IMG/VR virus record: IMGVR_UViG_3300020421_000016
Span: 1 to 59,226 of that record
DNA: 59,226 nucleotides
Strand: one strand, 5' to 3'
Source of the DNA: a virus
Lineage: Duplodnaviria; Caudoviricetes
Shown: positions 56,385 through 59,226 of the stretch, in pieces
How the letters are laid out: each line of letters begins with the position of its first letter
How positions within the stretch are numbered: the first letter of the stretch is position 1
The notes under the pieces: model-generated
Databases searched by the model: none
Told to the model about the DNA's origin: nothing
The model's input: only the letters and a program-made list of their open reading frames with translations
Position numbers and translations under genes: made by a program

Positions 56385-59226
56385 ATGTCATATCATAATC
56401 AAAATCAAGGCGGTCAAGGTGGAGGTAATAATAACTCTAACAACGCCAATGCAAGTGAAAAGTTTGAAGCTAATCCTAAAGAGCTAAAAAACTTTACACA
56501 AGCTGATGAAGATAAAATACATATTGGACGTCGTGATTTAGTAGAACAATTACCTGCTATATTACAAACAGACACCAATAAAAAATTCCTACGAACAACG
56601 CTAGATCAATTGTTTAGCAGTGGTAGCACTGAAACACTTGATACTTTTTATGGTAGAATTACTGGTAAAGATTATATTAACGAACAAGATTTATTTGCTC
56701 CTGAAACTCGCAGTGGCAGATTAAATTATCAACTTGCACCAGGCTTTAGTATTAAAAACGGACTAGAAACAACAACAGCATTAACTTATGTAACAATAGG
56801 TAATCAACTAAAAAAGTTTGGAAGCAGTAATACCAACCATGACCAGATTGGTAGCGAGCCAGGATATACACTGGACTTGCCTATTAATATTGACATGTAT
56901 ATAAACTACAAAAACTATTATTGGTTGATGGACAATATACCTACTTGTTTAATCACACCAACCGCAAGTAATCCTATTGATATAGACAATATTACTTTAA
57001 TGAGTAACTATACAACTCCAGTGTTAACAAACGGAAAAACATTGGAATTTTTAAACGGCATGCGTGTTATTTTCAGTGGTGCAAACGTTAGCAGTACTAG
57101 TGGAAACTATGCAGTAGACAGAACATATTTTGTAGAAGGTGTTGGCACAGAAAATATAAAACTTGTATTAGCAGTAGATGAAAATGATGTTGTAAAGTTT
57201 AAGCATTTACAACATTATACACCTAGAATTCCAAGTGACTGGGATATTGATGCATGGGACAGTGAGCCCTGGGACTATAGTGAATTTAAACTACCTACAA
57301 AAGAATATGTAGTAATGGATCGTTCAAGCGTAGATATGAACCCATGGTGTAGAGCAAATCAGTGGTTTAGTATATACGCTTTACGTAACACAGTTGCATA
57401 TAATGAAGACATTTTAGAAGATTATCAGCGCAGTATATACAGAGCGCAACGTCCTATTATTGAGTTTGACCCTAATATAGAACTATATGATAGTGGTTGG
57501 AACTTTATAGATAATGTAACACACATAATAACTGGTGTTGATCCAGCGACAGCAATTGTTGGTCAGTCTAGTTATGTAAATGCGCTTATTGGACTAGAAG
57601 ATGACGACTTAGTTTTATTTTTAGACAGCGGTAGTTATAGTAACAGCATCTACACAGTAAGTGGACAGCAAAATGGCAATATAGTGCTTACGCAAACTAC
57701 AGCAAGTAGTAGCCTTAGTATAGGCGACAAAATATTAGTAGAGCATGGTCCAGATAATATTCCAGGACGTGTAGGTTATCCTGGTATAGAATTATGGTGG
57801 GACGGCACACAATGGAAATACGGACAGCAAAAAATATTCCGTGGAGATGCTCCTAAATTTAATCTATATGATGACCGTGCAACGGATTTAGCAAATTATA
57901 CTGATACAGATTATGAAGGCGATCATATTTTTAATTATGTATACAATGATGCTGGAGTAACTGATGCAGAACTAGGTTTTGCTCCTAGATTTTTAGAAAG
58001 CAATAACAATAATGATCTAGACTTTGATACTCCTATTGTAGGTAAAAGATATAGTACAGACTTAGGCGAAGTAAGTGCAAGAGAAATTGCAGGTTATTAC
58101 TATTGGAAAGACAGAATTACTGGCATATACCATAACGGCTGGGCGCAAGTTAGAGAAAATCAGCGTGTGCCTATTATACAAACACATGTTGCTAGTGCTG
58201 GAGAAGCTGTAGAATTTGATCTAAAAACAACAAACTTGGAATATTCCAAGCATTATGACATTACATTTAACAACACTGCACTAGAAACAGGATACATGTT
58301 TACAAGTAGAAATGTATACGATTATGTCCAAGACGGTGAATCAAATGGAATGTTATTGTTTAAAACAGATACTGCTTATACTTTACAAACACACTTTTAT
58401 CTTGCCGCAAACAACATAGAGTTTAGAGATCCTTTTGGTAATGCACATGCGGATATTGTAGTTGCTACCGCTGGCAATACAATTACATTAACTATTAATA
58501 GCAGTTATCCTTATACTACAGTAAGATATCAGAACACTACAGATAACAATATTAGTGGTAGAATTTATTTAAGTAACGAAAACCAAAAGCGTATAATTGT
58601 CAAGCACAAAGGAAATGTGCTAGACGAAGGTGTACATTTTAATGTAGTGGCAAACAAAGTAGTAATAGTAGATCCTGCTGAAGAAAATGATGTTTACGAA
58701 GTAGAATATATTACAGATGATAAACTAACAGATGTAGTATATGATGTTGCTCCTAATTTTAAATATAATCCTACAAATGAAATTTTTACAAATGCAAGTT
58801 TTAGTAACTTGTTTAAGCATTTCCAAAATCAGTTATTAACTATGCCTGGCTTTGAGGGTGCATATTTTGGAGAAAACAACTTCCATAAAACTGCACGTGT
58901 TACAAATTATGGCGGAACTTTCCGTCAACAGTATATTAGCCCTGCAAAACTAAGTTATATGATGAGCAAGCAGGAAACTAATCCGCTAAACAATCTAAAA
59001 CGTACAGCAATAGATTACGAAAACTTTAAAAACTATTTTAAAAACAAAGTATCACAAGTTTGGCAAGACAATAGTGGATACACTGTACGTGAAATTGTTA
59101 ACGATGCATTAAGGCAAATACACATTGGTAAAAATTCTACATTCCAATACAACCGCAGTGATATGGCCTATTACGATAACTTTGGAAAACAAACTATTAA
59201 TGTTGCTACTAACGATAAAGTTTTTA
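56385..59226 (+). CDS. Large baseplate wedge protein (gp7-like), truncated by the window end
   Basis: ATG at 56385 after an AGGA SD. I translated MSYHNQ...LPAILQTDTNKKFL...INYKNYYW and later WDIDAWDSEPWD. It is probably absent from the ORF track because no stop occurs before the window end. Follows gp6. Confidence 0.7.
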   Translation, partial: MSYHNQNQGGQGGGNNNSNNANASEKFEANPKELKNFTQADEDKIHIGRRDLVEQLPAILQTDTNKKFLRTTLDQLFSSGSTETLDTFYGRITGKDYINEQDLFAPETRSGRLNYQLAPGFSIKNGLETTTALTYVTIGNQLKKFGSSNTNHDQIGSEPGYTLDLPINIDMYINYKNYYWLMDNIPTCLITPTASNPIDIDNITLMSNYTTPVLTNGKTLEFLNGMRVIFSGANVSSTSGNYAVDRTYFVEGVGTENIKLVLAVDENDVVKFKHLQHYTPRIPSDWDIDAWDSEPWDYSEFKLPTKEYVVMDRSSVDMNPWCRANQWFSIYALRNTVAYNEDILEDYQRSIYRAQRPIIEFDPNIELYDSGWNFIDNVTHIITGVDPATAIVGQSSYVNALIGLEDDDLVLFLDSGSYSNSIYTVSGQQNGNIVLTQTTASSSLSIGDKILVEHGPDNIPGRVGYPGIELWWDGTQWKYGQQKIFRGDAPKFNLYDDRATDLANYTDTDYEGDHIFNYVYNDAGVTDAELGFAPRFLESNNNNDLDFDTPIVGKRYSTDLGEVSAREIAGYYYWKDRITGIYHNGWAQVRENQRVPIIQTHVASAGEAVEFDLKTTNLEYSKHYDITFNNTALETGYMFTSRNVYDYVQDGESNGMLLFKTDTAYTLQTHFYLAANNIEFRDPFGNAHADIVVATAGNTITLTINSSYPYTTVRYQNTTDNNISGRIYLSNENQKRIIVKHKGNVLDEGVHFNVVANKVVIVDPAEENDVYEVEYITDDKLTDVVYDVAPNFKYNPTNEIFTNASFSNLFKHFQNQLLTMPGFEGAYFGENNFHKTARVTNYGGTFRQQYISPAKLSYMMSKQETNPLNNLKRTAIDYENFKNYFKNKVSQVWQDNSGYTVREIVNDALRQIHIGKNSTFQYNRSDMAYYDNFGKQTINVATNDKVF

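Noticed and set aside
1-59226. Stop-codon reassignment (seen in some large phages)
   Set aside because: Core genes are full length in the standard code, and TAA, TAG and TGA all serve as stops at tight gene junctions.

Overview
This window is part of the genome of a large, AT-rich, T4-related myovirus read in the standard genetic code. The short 385-aa major capsid protein and the gene order most resemble my recollection of RaK2/GAP32-type jumbo phages, which is an inference. Left to right: (1) about 30 kb of minus-strand tail-fibre and adhesin genes (C1q, S74 chaperone, gp38-like adhesin, a 2177-aa multi-propeller fibre, an S8 subtilisin). Embedded among them is a cassette of two paralogous propeller-like proteins, two hypothetical proteins, a U32-like/SAM-methyltransferase fusion and a polytopic membrane protein, flanked by two fibre genes that share a duplicated cupredoxin-containing module. 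(2) The head module gp23-gp22-gp21-core-gp20 and a tape-measure-like gene. (3) gp26/gp51. (4) A sigma70-driven operon gp55-gp47-gp46-hyp-GIY-YIG that runs into about 420 nt of non-coding, highly structured sequence with a 10-bp pseudoknot. (5) A plus-strand baseplate operon (HIGH nucleotidyltransferase, gp48/54, gp53, hub, gp5-M15, lysozyme-like, HNH, gp25, gp6, truncated gp7-like). A recurring ATAAATA late-promoter motif precedes most structural gene blocks. The best candidates for undescribed biology are the GIY-YIG plus structured RNA locus and the U32-methyltransferase/membrane-protein/cupredoxin-fibre cassette. All family calls come from motifs recognised by eye; no searches were run.
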